DNA of 63,533 bases, counting the filler, from Cercozoa sp. M6MM (taxonomy: Eukaryota > Protista > Endomyxa: Ascetosporea), in NCBI GenBank assembly GCA_040357565.1. It is 18 parts of 18 records of this genome, joined end to end, with 100 filler letters (N's around TTAATTAATTAA, not from the genome) between each part and the next. Parts side by side here need not be neighbours in the genome. Positions count along the whole stretch, not along the records: positions 1 to 3,366 come from JBDODJ010001488.1; positions 3,467 to 12,016 come from JBDODJ010000528.1; 16 more parts are not named here. One strand, written 5' to 3'. Below the pieces are notes generated by a model. That model did not search any database, had not been told where the DNA came from, and saw only the letters and a program-made list of their open reading frames with translations. Below are positions 1 to 12,116 of the stretch, one piece after another. Each line of letters starts with the position of its first letter. Position 1 is the stretch's first letter. The translations under genes and the position numbers were made by a program.

Positions 1-1211
1 GAGTCGAGGCCGTCGTGCGAGTATGGCAGGGTACATACCCCTACCCCTCCCCTATCCCCTGATACCCTTCCCTCCGGCCCGAGTAGTGCTTTTAATCCCG
101 ACGCCGGTGAAAGTGGCGGCGTTTGCGACGAGACACGTGGTGTTCTTCGCGCCGCTGCTGGCGCATTTTCTGTCGCTAGCGCGGCACTTTGACTACTCGC
201 GCGAGGTGCACCTGCGCCTGCTGTCGCACGTGCTGGGACTCTTCCACCAGCCGCAGTTGCGTGCCGTACTGGACCGCATCAGCGATGAGGCTGTCATGCC
301 GCACTCTGCTCCTGTACCCCTGCCCTACCCTTCTAGTCTTCTACTCTACCTTGCACCCTCTACCCTTGTGTCCCTGCAGACACTAATGGCGCAACTGGAG
401 GAAGTGAGTGCACCGGCTGCTTCCTTGCAGGTATGCTCTTGTAGTACTATGTCTATGTGTATTTGGATACTCTTGCTTATACACACACAGAGACTGGACG
501 AGAATGTCCTACTGAAACAAGCGGCGACTGATGTGGCAACCTGCATCGTCGCCTGTCAGGCACAGGTCACGCCGACGCCACGGTATGCCCTCCCCTCTGT
601 TGCTCCTACCCTCTACCCCATACCCTCTGACCTCCCTGCAGTAGCGAGGTCGGTAGCAGTACGTCCTTCTGGTCCGAGTGGTTCGGCGGCAAGCCTCGCA
701 CGCGCCGAGTGTCGGCCGTGGACCCTGTCCTGGTGCGCAGTGTGCTGACGCAGCTGCGCGAGTTGTTCTCGGCGACGCCGGACGCCGTCGAGGCCAGGAG
801 AGGCGCCGGCACGACGGGACGCGTGCAGTGTAGTCAGCGCGAACTCCTGCTGGACGATACGCGCGACACCGTGCGGCAGCGCCTGCGACGAGGCGAGGTG
901 CTCTGCGCTGACGAGGTTGTGCCTTACCTGGGCGACGTCTGGCAGCGACCGCTCCTTGACAGTGAGGTGCCCGTGTTGGTTTCACTCATGGCCCGTCTCT
1001 CCAAGTGGGTACCTACCTCTCTTACCCCCATATGTATAGATAATGTATTTTGTGGATGCAACTGGGCCGTGTCTGGTAGTTGCACGCACAGCAGCTCGTG
1101 CGCAGCGACGTCGGCGACGAGCGATTGCGCCGTCTGTGCCGCGTCGATTTCCTGTGCGCCGTGCTGCTCGTGCTGCTGCTGCTCTACCTCGTGCGACTTG
1201 CGTTCTTCTAA
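1..1211 (+). CDS. Sphingomyelin phosphodiesterase 4 (SMPD4/NET13)-like, 3' part, multi-exon
   Basis: Spliced GT-AG exons give FATRHVVFFAPLLAHFL..LFHQPQL, then VPYLGDVWQRPLLDSEVPVLVSLMARLSKW (cf. SMPD4 Y.GD...QPIRS.E...LVR) and a C-terminal TM segment FLCAVLLVLLLLYLVRLAFF ending TAA 1209-1211. Confidence 0.55.
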
Positions 1212-1794
1212 CGTAGCATTCTGCAGTTGCCGTTGGCTTCACGCGCACGCCGGCGCTGCGGTGGATGCCGATCCGATGTCGATCGCGAGCCCGTCCTGGT
1301 CGTTCGTTGGGGTAGTTCAGTTACAGTACGCGTTTCTCAGTACCGCACTGTTACTGCGGCACAATGGCCCAATCAGTACCGCCCCGTGAGAAGTGGTTCT
1401 AGAAGTAAGTTACTTCGAGAAAAAAGAAAAAAGGGGTGTTAGTAAATTGCCAATTTTTCTAGAAGTAGTTAAATTTCTAGAAGATTTTTCCTTCTTGATT
1501 GAGACACGGTCAAGACCTCCACGCGGACGGGTCAAGGCATGTCTGCTTGTCCACTTGCCGACATTGAGCAGGAGTTCTGTGACATTGTGCATGGATGTGT
1601 ACCTCAACAGAGCCAACTTTTGTCACAGAACTCCTGCTCAGTACACACACGCACACACACGCACACACACACACCCACAGTAAATGCTGCAGTCACAGTA
1701 CAACGTAGAGGGAGCTGACTGTCATTATTTAAATAATTTACCAGTAAAAACTATTGACCCAGTCGTCATTTATTCGTTGCGCGTCTATTCCGGA

Positions 1795-2461
1795 TTAAAT
1801 GCCATCGAAGCAAACCCGCATAAGACCGGTATCGAAACATCTTCCCTCCGAGCAGTCGGCATCGCACATGCACATCTCGCCAACGCCGGACATGGGATCT
1901 GTCGGTTCACAGACGTCAGCGAAGACGTCTTCGATGACATCAGTACTAGCGGCGTCAATGTACGTGCAGGTCAGTGTCGGTACACAGCTTCCACTTTCAC
2001 ACTCTCCGTTCCTGTGACGAAGAAACACCAAGTATGAGGGGCAAACCTGCCGAATGAGTCAAAGGACAAGCGTACTCTGTACACATAGAGTAACTGGGCA
2101 GCCGCGCAACACCACCGACAATGGTCGTCGTGCTTGTTTCCGTGGCAGAGCCGGTGCTTGTTTCCGTGGCAGAGCCGGTGCTGGTGGTTGTTGTTGTAGG
2201 AACCGTTCCGATTTTGCGGATCAACTTGTCCGTCTTTTCCCGCAGCTGCGCAGCTCCGACGGCTAGGTCGCGGAGTTGCCCTTCGACGGTCTTCTCTAGT
2301 TTTCCAACCTTCTTGGATAAGCCGCCCGTGTCACGCTGCAGTTTCTGGATTAAGGCGTCTGCGTTGATTTTACTGTGATCACTCGCATAGGTTGGAGCGT
2401 AGCTTCCGCACGACACCGTGACCAAGGTGGCCGTCGCAATCAGCAGTAGCTTTGAATTCAT
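1795..2461 (-). CDS. Secreted protein: signal peptide, coiled coil, Thr-rich stalk, Cys-rich C-terminus (intron 2012-2075)
   Basis: Removing a 64-nt GT-AG intron joins ORF 1997..2461 to ORF 1795..2031: MNSKLLLIATATLVTVSCG...TTTTTSTGSATETSTGSATET...SMCTENGECESGSC...GEMCMCDADCSEGRC. Confidence 0.75.
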
Positions 2462-3078
2462 GGTGTGGTACGGAGACAGGGGCTCTATCTGCGAACCAAC
2501 GGAAGGTGTGTAAAACGAACGATCAGTGCAGCTGAATGAGCATTAAAAGACCAAACCTTTGCCTGAGGACGGTACACGACAGAGCTCAATCTGGACAGGA
2601 GGAGACTCTTAATAGACGAAAGACAAACAGCTCGGCTCGATGGTCTGGTCCGAACACGTAAATCCGAAGGAACTGAACTGAAGATCTTTAACTTTGGTTA
2701 ATTTGGGCCACTAGTTAAACCATCGGTATGCACTTAAGGAACCTACGCACGCACTTAAGGAAACGCACCGCGGGGGAAGGGGGCTCTGACGGATCAGTTA
2801 AGACGAGTGCCAGCTGCCGTGCCCTGTAGCACACGTGCAGCAGATATGCGATGCTACGTGAGATCGGATAGTAGACTAGTTAATGTACAACTTGAAAAAA
2901 GTAAAGTGTCCGCGCGTCGACGGACATCAATAAAGCAAGCGAAACGAACGGCAGCGGCGCGAAGCGTACGGAAAGTCGCACCGGGTCGAGTCGAGTCGAG
3001 CGCACTCGGCGTGTTATAATCATGACGGGACGTGACAGTCGGAAGAGGCAGAAGCTCGGTCTCGTAGCCAGCAGGTAA

Positions 3079-3366
3079 CTAGGAGCCAGGCGACTCCTCC
3101 TCGGCCACGTCGCTCAGTGCACCGTCGTCGGACGAGTCGCGGTTAGCGACGTCGACAACGGCGTCGTTGTCGTCGTGCATCTCGATTTCCGTTGGGTTTT
3201 GACCTGTGTTGAGTTAAACATAACACGGACAAGCACAGAGTCCAAGTCTGAGGCACCGTAGGTGTCGCGACGCTGGAACACCGAGGCCTGCGCATCCGAG
3301 ACGGCGTGCGCGTACAGCGTGCGCTGCAGTCGCTCTTCCTTGTGCTCGTTGTCGTCAGCCGTGGCG
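3079..3366 (-). CDS. 3' end of an uncharacterised acidic protein (2 exons)
   Basis: Spliced frame ATADDNEHKEERLQ...EMHDDNDAVVD..EEESPGS* with GC-rich codons. Confidence 0.4.
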
Positions 3367-3466
3367 NNNNNNNNNNNNNNNNNNNNNNNNNNNNNNNNNN
3401 NNNNNNNNNNTTAATTAATTAANNNNNNNNNNNNNNNNNNNNNNNNNNNNNNNNNNNNNNNNNNNN
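3367..3466. other. Artificial contig linker N44-TTAATTAATTAA-N44 (six-frame stop), first of 17
   Basis: Same 100-nt linker starts at 3367, 12017, 15053, 17629, 19549, 20807, 24372, 26893, 28630, 35417, 39921, 42259, 48469, 52692, 54105, 60285, 61890. Plain N100/N10 runs are scaffold gaps. Confidence 0.98.
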
Positions 3467-3616
3467 GACTGCGGTGGTGGATACGGTGGCTACGGCCGTC
3501 GGTACGGGCACGGGCACGGCTACGGTCACCATGGCCGATACGGTAGCAGCAGTGGCAGCTACGGTCATCATGGTCACGGATACGGTCACGGTCACGGATA
3601 CGGCCGTCGCTACTAA
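3467..3616 (+). CDS. C-terminus of a Gly/Tyr/His-rich protein
   Basis: Open frame from the contig edge: DCGGGYGGYGRRYGHGHGYGHHGRYGSSSGSYGHHGHGYGHGHGYGRRY*; the ORF track shows a different frame. Confidence 0.7.
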   Translation, partial: DCGGGYGGYGRRYGHGHGYGHHGRYGSSSGSYGHHGHGYGHGHGYGRRY

Positions 3617-4313
3617 CTGTAGCCTTTCCGAGTTCGTTATTTTAGCTTGCCCGACTGTATCGACAACCTGTAACTGTACTAGGCTAGCGTATCAATTTCG
3701 GTCACTGCTTCGACAGTACCTGTAAAATCTCAAGTACGGGAACTATCCGGGGCTGCACTCCTGCATGACATCGCTGCTGTAATTAATTAATTAGTTTTAG
3801 TAACGTAAATTAATTAAAACTGAGCGCGTGGCCGTCGCTCCTCTACGTGCTACTGTCTTAAAGTTCACATTGAGTAGCGGCGCCGACTTAGACCATTGTA
3901 AACTGAATCATGAAAGGCGGGCCAGTGAAGCTGCAGCAAGACACTGTAAGTTACCGAACCTTGAACATGCTTCACGCCTCCACAGCAAAATTTTGCTGTG
4001 GAGTAGCAACACAGTTAGATGTCTTGCTAACTTTAATTTGCGGGAAATGATGCTGTATGGGTGTCACACTCCCTGGAGTCCATTTGAACCGCGGCGGCGC
4101 CGAAGGGGGCGGGGGGGGGGGCCCAAATCTCGCCGCGACTTACTTTTTCTTGCGACCTGGACTCTCGCGACCTACTTTCGGGTGCGATCTTGACCCTACC
4201 GACTTTAAAAGAAATATCCGGCACAATTAGCCTAGGGACGTTTGGTTACAGGGGCGTTTTTAGTATTCTTTGGCTAAGTTTGGCTTGCGATCTGCTTTTT
4301 AACCACGAACAAG

Positions 4314-4376
4314 TCGCGACCTACTTTGAAACTTGCGACCTCGCGACCTACTTTGAAACTTGCGACCTCGCGACCT
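4314..4376. repeat. 27-bp tandem repeat x2.3 (TCGCGACCTACTTTGAAACTTGCGACC) with dispersed core copies across 4134-4440
   Basis: Exact units 4314-4340 and 4341-4367 plus a partial third. Confidence 0.85.
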
Positions 4377-4597
4377 TAGACAAGTGGCTCAAAAACTGTC
4401 ACTCAATCTCGCTAATTTTTGTTCCTTCGACTTGTGACTTGGAAAATACTGCGCTTCGCTTGAATGCTGCAAAATGACGCCAATCTTGCTCGCACCGAGT
4501 TGACTGCGTAAAGAGTCAACGAGCGCTTGATGTGTCATCTCACTTTCCATTGAAACGTTCCAAAAGTTTACTGCACATTCAGCATGGCATATGGTAC

Positions 4598-7250
4598 CTA
4601 CCTTTTGGAAATCGATTGAAAAGGTAAATTTAAATTTAATTGATCACCTGGACACTTGCTGAACTTTTCTGCCCGCTCCGGCGATTGCGAAAGAGTGTCT
4701 TCCTTCCACGTGAGAGCGTCGAGCTGACTATCCGTGAGTTCGCCAAGAGTGAGCATCGATGGCTGGTGGTTGAATGTTGCACCAGATGTTTCAAGTGCTT
4801 GAACGATTTCGTCTTCGTCGTGTTTGTTGAAGGACCGAAGTCCAAGCAGGAAAGCGACGTGTTCTTCTTTCTCGCTTCGAGATTGTGACTGAGAAGTGTC
4901 AGCAACAGCATTACTGGTTTTCGGTTTGGCGGTGGCACCTAGACTTGTTTTGTCATCAGGTTGCGTCATAGGTGCCGTTGCAGCTGGCTCACTCGGCCAA
5001 GATCGAGATGTCTCCTGGTTAACACTGGACAGAGGATATGAAGTGTGGTGTTCTTTCATCTTGCGTGCACGACGACGTCCTGCGTAACCACGGTAGATGC
5101 GTTGGATGTGAAGCGCACTTCCTTCCTGCTTCTTTCTTTCTTCGCAAGCAGTTGCATCAGCACGTGTTTTCTCGCCTTCTCGGTGCTTCCGAGTTTTGTA
5201 TTCACGGTAGACACTTTGAATTGTTCGAGCGCTTTCCTCTTCCTTTAGGTGTTGAGCACGACGCCGCCCCGCGTAACCTCGATAGATGCGCTGAATGCGA
5301 CGTGCACTTCGCTCTTGCACGTTTCTTTCTTCGACATCCGTGTCGCGCGTTTTTGTGAGCTGAGCTTCTGCACGTTTTCGTGCTTTGTGACCGCGGTAGA
5401 CGCGCTGGATTTTTCGTGCGCTTTCCTCTTCTTTCAGGTGCCGAGCACGACGACGTCCTGCATGACCACGGTAAATTCGCTGAATGTTCTGCGCGCTCTG
5501 TTCAGCATCACGTTCTTGCTTCAGCGCTTTAACACGTCGGCGAGTCGCATGTCCTCGGTACAACTTTTGAACTTTGACTGCGCTAATCTCTTCCCTTCGT
5601 CGTTGTTTTTCTTCGTGCTGTCGCGAACGCAACACATCAAGGCTAGCTGGAGTGCGTGTTTTCGGTCCGGCTGCAAACGATGACTTTGCATTTGCGACGG
5701 CTTCAAGTGTTTTTATCTCTTTTTGTGTGTCCCTGTCGCTCTGTGAAAGCTTGGCGATGAGAAATTCGTATTTCTTAATCATGTTTTCTTGTTTTGAGAC
5801 CAGCTCAAAATTCAATTCTTCCGTCGCGACAAGCCTTAGCGTATTACAAATGTAAATGATGATCACATCTCTTAATAACATTACCCCCCCCCCCCACCAC
5901 CACTACTGCCTCAAAGCTTTATGCGGAAACTATACCGCAGTTCCATTTCTTGATTACGATTCTGAAGTTCTTTTGCGCACTCCTGCATTTTTTGCAGTTC
6001 GCTAAATATGGTATCCCGCTCTGCCAGGAGTTCTTCGACTTCGCCTCGCAGATCTCGAGCTAGGCGACTCCACCTCAACAAATGTTTGGCCCTGCATCCG
6101 TTCAGTTTACCTTTTAGTAAGTTCAGTTTCAAGAAAAATTGGTGTTGGTACAGCTGCCGATTTCGATTTTGAGCGAGCCGCAGGTTCGCGATAAGCTCTT
6201 GTTTCTGTGCACTATTTCGTCGTGCACTTTCAAACGGTGACTTGGGCCTCCGTGAAGTTTTCTGAGACCGTGTCGTCGCTTTTAGCTTGCTCTCAAGTTG
6301 CTGAACTCTTTATGATGCAAAACAGACAGGATTAAATTACAAGAGCGAGAGGTGGTGACTTACTTTGCCATCAATTTGTTTTTCAATTGCCGTTCTCTTT
6401 GTAACAACTTCCAAAAGTCGTCAGTGTCACTGAGTTCACCTTCAGACTCGACATGCGCCCGGATTAACTGATCAATTTGCATCTCTACGCACAAATCTAC
6501 AGTAAGAGCGAATGGCACAAATGAGGTTCAGTTCACCCGCAATTCGCGCTTGCGTCATAGATTTTTTAAACTCCCTGCGCAGTTCTTCGACACCCATGCT
6601 CTCAATGTCAAGTGGCGATACTTCGCCGAGTTTCAGGAGCGTCTGTTCGCTAGCAGATCTCGAGGAAACAAAACTCCCGGTCCTTTTCTCACCGAGCAAG
6701 CTCGGTCGAACAGCTGACATACTGTAAATTTACAGTAATACGCTCGTATTCTCAACTGCTTGTAAGTTCTGTTGGTCTTTGATAGCACAACTTTACTGTA
6801 GGAACAGTTCGACCGGTGTCCGCGTGGAGTTCGTCGACCGTGACCTGAAGTTTAGTGAATTAACTGAACTAAATTTAGAAGTAAACTCAAAACTCATTCG
6901 CATGATTTCCAACCTAAAAAAACTGTTGTGCGATTCGGTAAAACACTTCCTGCATTCGAGCTACAGAGTGGCGTTGTTTTCAACTTGAATTCGGCCCAGT
7001 GAGTACTGGGTGACCTACAGTGTAGTTTATCCAGAATTACATGACTGAACCAAACGGAAGAGCACTCAGGCAGCGAGTACCTCGAGGCTTTCCTGCGCAC
7101 AGTATCACAGTAAATCTACTGGCCTCAGTTTGTTTATTCAGCAGGATAAAAGATTATAACTACGACTGGTGAACTAACCATGCTGTCGGACAGCAAACGC
7201 GCGTCCTTTCGTGATCGTTGGCCGTGACGTCGGTGTCTCGTGGTGTTGCT
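4598..7250 (-). CDS. Coiled-coil protein with six IQ calmodulin-binding motifs (multi-exon, ends approximate)
   Basis: IQxxxRGxxxR motifs: VQKLYRGHATR, IQRIYRGHAGR, IQRVYRGHKAR, IQRIYRGYAGR (x2), IQSVYREYKTR; upstream coiled-coil exons at 5911-6720. Confidence 0.75.
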
Positions 7251-7496
7251 GACATTAACAGTATCGGTAATTTACAGTACGAAGTTGCATGAGACATTTT
7301 CAAAGTAAGTTTAACTTTAACGCTGCTGTAAACTTACCCTGACTTTGCCGCCTCGCAGCAGATGCGAAACTGACCGTTGTAGAATACTCGTATGATATTC
7401 AAGCACAGCACTTCTGGGGTCTTTACCAATACAAGCATTTCAAGTCGCGCATGTGTGCTCTGTGCCGTCAACGAGGCTCCCTGGGGACGTGCAAAC

Positions 7497-9022
7497 CAGT
7501 CAGTTCGAGAATTTCTTAAAGATGGACAAGCACGCAGATTTTACAATCGACACGACAGCGCAGACGAGAGCGAGTGCCATGCACACCAAAAAGATTCGTT
7601 TCACGATAGGATCGTGGTCAAGGTCCGCGGTGATTCCGAATCTGCACACCAGTGTGTTGCTTCTTTTGGTCCTGAAGGGGGGGGGGGTGGTTTACCTCGA
7701 ATCACTCAGCATCATCGCAAACGGAAATGCGACACACACCGTCTGCCCAAAACAGTGAAACCTGAGTCAACGCACCATACTCCACTGCGTCATTGCCGAA
7801 CAAAGGAACTCACACAAACAACGACAAGAGCTTGAGCACAAAAACTCGCGACTCGCAATGGCCACCGTCGCGACATTGACTGCACGTTGTGAATGCCGAC
7901 TGTATCGATACATCGGTGTAGGAGACTAAACACACGTGCAGTACCACGAGCGCAGCTCCGAGACTGCAAAAGATTGAAAGGGCACCGACCAATCCGCTAC
8001 AAGTTGGACCCATATGAAACTGAACAATATAGTAACTGCGGGGACAGACCAATTGCAACCAACTGAATAATCGGACTCGTAATTGTATACTGTAGCTGCA
8101 AGTGAGTCGAAAGAACGTTGTACCCCAAAAGTGCGCAAACCGCATCCCATGTGACAGGTCGGGCAATGCGCGCGTCCGCCCACAAAACGAACAAGTCCAC
8201 GGACAGTCTGAGATAACAACAGTCAAAAAACGGAACACCTACTTGGCGACAATACCCCAAGCCAAAGAACAACACGAGCACTGCGTAAACCCGTGCCTGC
8301 ACAGATCGTCAGTCGTCCAAACGACAGTATTCACATAAACAGCCACTAGGAGGTCACTGACCGCTCTCAGCGACACCTGTATTTTCACGGCGGGCATTCT
8401 GCACTCCCGGCCGAACACGGGTTGTGAAACGCCTGTTCCGACTCCCCGACTAAGTACCGGAGAGTATAGGCACTTCACGTGTCCGCTTTTACAGCTCAAC
8501 GAGCTTAGTTGTGATCAAACCGATCGCAAATGTCCGACGCGGTACATCGAGTTGTTGCAGGTTGTGGCGTGGGTCACGCCACCACCGACAGCTCACCGTA
8601 CACGTGTCGACTGCCGACCCGCACCAACTGCAATCGCAATCGAATCAAATCCATTATACCACCGTTGGCATGCACCGCTGTTGGCGTACAAGGATTTGCT
8701 GCCGGGGGTCAGGATCCGGAGGGGGTTGGCCATGAGCCATCCTCGAAAATCTGGGAAAGTGCCCCCAGATTTCCTGGCAGTTGAGGATGGCCATGTCTTC
8801 GGCGTCGATGCCCAGCTCTCGGCTGAGCTGGACATTCTCTTGAACTTGCTCGAGCTTGGCCTCGCGGGCTTCAATGTTGAGGGAGTGTTGGTCTCGCAGG
8901 TGAGACCAACATTTCCAGCTCTCCCACACAAAGAAGGTCAGAAGCAATAGCCAGGTCACCGCGTGGACGATGCGGCTTCCTGTGAGGCGAGGTGTCACGC
9001 GCATCGTCGAGTGGTTGCCCAT
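7497..9022 (-). CDS. Uncharacterised multi-pass membrane protein (multi-exon)
   Basis: Hydrophobic segments AVTWLLLLTFFVW and IFLVCMALALVCAVVSIV joinable through plausible GT-AG introns; no family recognised. Confidence 0.35.
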
Positions 9023-9171
9023 CTGTCAGTGTCAATGTCACGGCAGATGTCACGGGGAGTGAAGTCTTGATCAACGTAGTATCCTTCAGGTGTTTATCAC
9101 GCGGCCCGATTAGTAATCACAAGAGTGACTTCAAACAAAAACAACCACTCTAACTTTCTGTTGTCATTTCT

Positions 9172-9219
9172 TATTACGAATACTATTCGTAATACTATTC
9201 GTAATAGTATTACGAATAG
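9172..9219. repeat. Palindromic array of four 11-mers (TATTCGTAATA; orientations R,F,F,R; 12-nt period)
   Basis: Units at 9172-9182, 9184-9194, 9196-9206, 9208-9218. Confidence 0.9.
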
Positions 9220-9517
9220 GGCGTTTCATTTTGTCCCGGCGCTCCGGGCGCCGTGACGGATTTCGAAGATCGTGCTTGATGACGTTTCAAGGTCGGTTAA
9301 CACCGCCGTATGCGATGTGTGCCATGACGCTAAGTCGGCTACGCTACGATCGAAGTTACGATACGTTGTATCGGGGTGTATTTCTATCACGGCCGGGCCG
9401 GGAAATCATCCCAGATGACGTGAATTCGATTTAAGTTTGTCAACGCAAAGCGTACACGCATGTACTACGGTACAGTACCGTACGCCGCGCGGGCACAGTT
9501 CGCGATAGCTAGTGTAG

Positions 9518-11093
9518 CTAGAGAATGACGACAGTGGCCAACGTGGTGAGTGCGCGGATAGACAGGCGCACGAGCCACGGGTAGTCAAAGTAGAGCTTCC
9601 AACCGGCAGCTGCCCAGCCGTAGACGGTGTAGCCAAACTTGCCCCACTCGTACAGCGCCTCCACAGCGGACCTGTCGCGCATCTCGTGCATGCAGTTTCC
9701 GAGCATATCAGCAAGCTGTTGGTCATCCAACTTGGCTGCCGCCTGGATACACAAACGCACGTAAATTTACAGCAGAGAGAAGTCAACAGGAGATTACGGG
9801 GTGCGAGAAGACACAGGCGGCCACAAACTCCGCCACACAGGCCTTCACGTCGTCACTGCAAAACACACGCACGTGATATTCGAAGCAACGACAGGTGGTC
9901 ACGCTCGCACTGAACCCACCTCTGTACGGTGACCCAGGAATCCTCTATTCTTTCGGCGCGGAATTCGGCGGCGGCCAGAGACGACAGGTCCTGGAATCAA
10001 CGAACACAAAAATATTCACACAAACACGAAAGCACAAGATTTAATACCTCTACTGGAACAGTTTCATCATTGGCATCAAAATCTCGTGGCACCAGTGTCC
10101 ACCAATCGATCTTTTCGACATCAACGACACCCACCTGTCCGGGTACCCGACTGTCCAACTGCACAGATACACGCACCTCATTTTCACACCTCATCTTTCA
10201 AATACGTATGGAATAATACCAACAAGGTCTCTTCTTCTCCCTCCACTTCGCTTCCCGTGGTGACTGGTTTTCGTCCCACTCCTGAAGTGCAAATTAACCC
10301 TTTCATGTGCGCATTCAAAGACTACAAATGCTGGGAAAATACTGAATTCCGACAGGTGACTGAGAAAATCGCGGTCTGACAACAAACGCTCCAATGCAGC
10401 GAACACTTCCGGCGGAGGCGGCAGGCTCTTTCCTGAGACAATGTCAGACGCTCACTCACAGTTGATTGGTCGAACACTTTTATTTACCATCTGGCCCATC
10501 GCGTTTCGTGAACAGTCCGCGTTGTGCAAAATCCTGCAGGGTCTGCTCCCAGACAAAGGCAAGATTCAGAACAAAAACGACAGTCACGCTCAGTCTTACC
10601 TTGTGTAAAATCTCGTTCTCGCACTGGTGCGCAAGCGACACCTGCAGCTCCTTCTCGTCGTACTGAGTCCCTTGCCGCGTCGTGTCAACTTCGAATGCCG
10701 CGTCCTGCTCTTGCGATTTGCATTCGTCAGGAGCGATTGCACCCAACTCAGTTTCAGTCACTGTTTCGCTCATTTCGCTCATTTCGCCGCTTTCAATCAG
10801 CCCCGAAGCGACAGGAAAGTGCAACGGAGAAATGAAACCGCACGAAATCTTCACTTGAGTCTAATCAGACTCTGGAGCTGCCCAACGCTATACGTACACT
10901 CCAATCAAGTGCTTAATTCCCAGGATTGCGTCGCCAAGCCCGTGTGAATCGAGAAAACTGCCATCTCAACTTCATTTCCTTTCGTAGCCAGAGCTATTTT
11001 CCGAGCAAACTGGGATCGAGCGTGCTGGCACGATGTACTTGTACTGTACGCCGTTGTGTGCGCATTGTTGCCTGAAACAGACCGATTTTGCAT
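9518..11093 (-). CDS. Uncharacterised protein (multi-exon)
   Basis: Protein-like exons ENEVRVSVQLD..IDWWTLVP and AAKLDDQQLADMLG..EALYEWGKFGYTVYGWA..TLATVVIL*. Confidence 0.45.
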
Positions 11094-11300
11094 TGGAGAT
11101 ATGCTAGGCTCGTGTTCAAGTTGATATAGTTGTACAAAAGTTACTGCTCAAAAACCGTGGCTTTCTTGAAGACAACGTTTTTTTTTTTTTGCGTCGATGC
11201 CAGCGTTTCTGTGTTGCATCTGTCGACTCCCACCCGTGTCGCACGGTGCGTGAGAAGGTTACTTTTCCCGACAGTGCAACTTAATTCGTGTGCGGAATCG

Positions 11301-12016
11301 ATGCGAAGCCGTGTGATGCCGGCGAACAAGAACGAAGAATGCGAGCTCGCCAACACAATTGCCAGCAGCTTTGATGGCGAAACCAGCTTCGGTGAAACTA
11401 ACATCGAGATAGCCAGCGTATCGAGACCGCAGGACAATTGCAAGTCGTCGCCAGTGTCGATCGTGTCCTCGGACGACCACGACGACAGTTTCTGGGATCG
11501 CGATGCGCACGACGCCATGGCGTAGGATCGCACACACCTAAAGATACCAGCACACAGACAAACGTCTAGTATGTTATGCAACAGACACAAGGTGGAGCGA
11601 CAGGTGACGCCGCACCCAGACATTGTGCTGGAGTACGTGTACGACGACGCGCTCATCTTCAAGCCGTGTACGTCAATACCCTCTGGGCATACATCGCATC
11701 GTGTTTGATGATAGTGTGCTCGCAGGGTGGGTGCTCATGCCGACGTCGAAAGTGCGCCGCGTATGGGACACTATCGTGTTTGGTGCGTTGTCTACATTGG
11801 GCTAGTTTGACAAGGGTTTGCACATGTACCATAAAAAATACACAAGTTGGGTCTGCACTCTGCAGCTCTCCTGGTGTGGACTGTGGCAGTGGTGCCCGTG
11901 CGCTTCGCTTTCTACGCTGAGGAAACCTACAACTGGTGGGTTCAGATACGATACTCTCTCTGGCACTTCTTTGTAGGATGTGTGTATGTGTGTGTTGTGT
12001 GTGTGTGTGTGTGTGT
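11301..12016 (+). CDS. Cyclic-nucleotide-gated / EAG-type cation channel, 5' part
   Basis: Spliced GWVLMPTSKVRRVWDTIVFG-LLVWTVAVVPVRFAF matches the P.S..R..WD...P.R.AF S1 signature of CNBD channels. Confidence 0.65.
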
Positions 12017-12116
12017 NNNNNNNNNNNNNNNNNNNNNNNNNNNNNNNNNNNNNNNNNNNNTTAATTAATTAANNNNNNNNNNNNNNNNNNNNNNNNNNNN
12101 NNNNNNNNNNNNNNNN

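Noticed and set aside
3367-3466. Recurring TTAATTAATTAA as a biological repeat or CRISPR-like unit
   Set aside because: Always centred in 44+44 Ns; an artificial six-frame-stop joiner.
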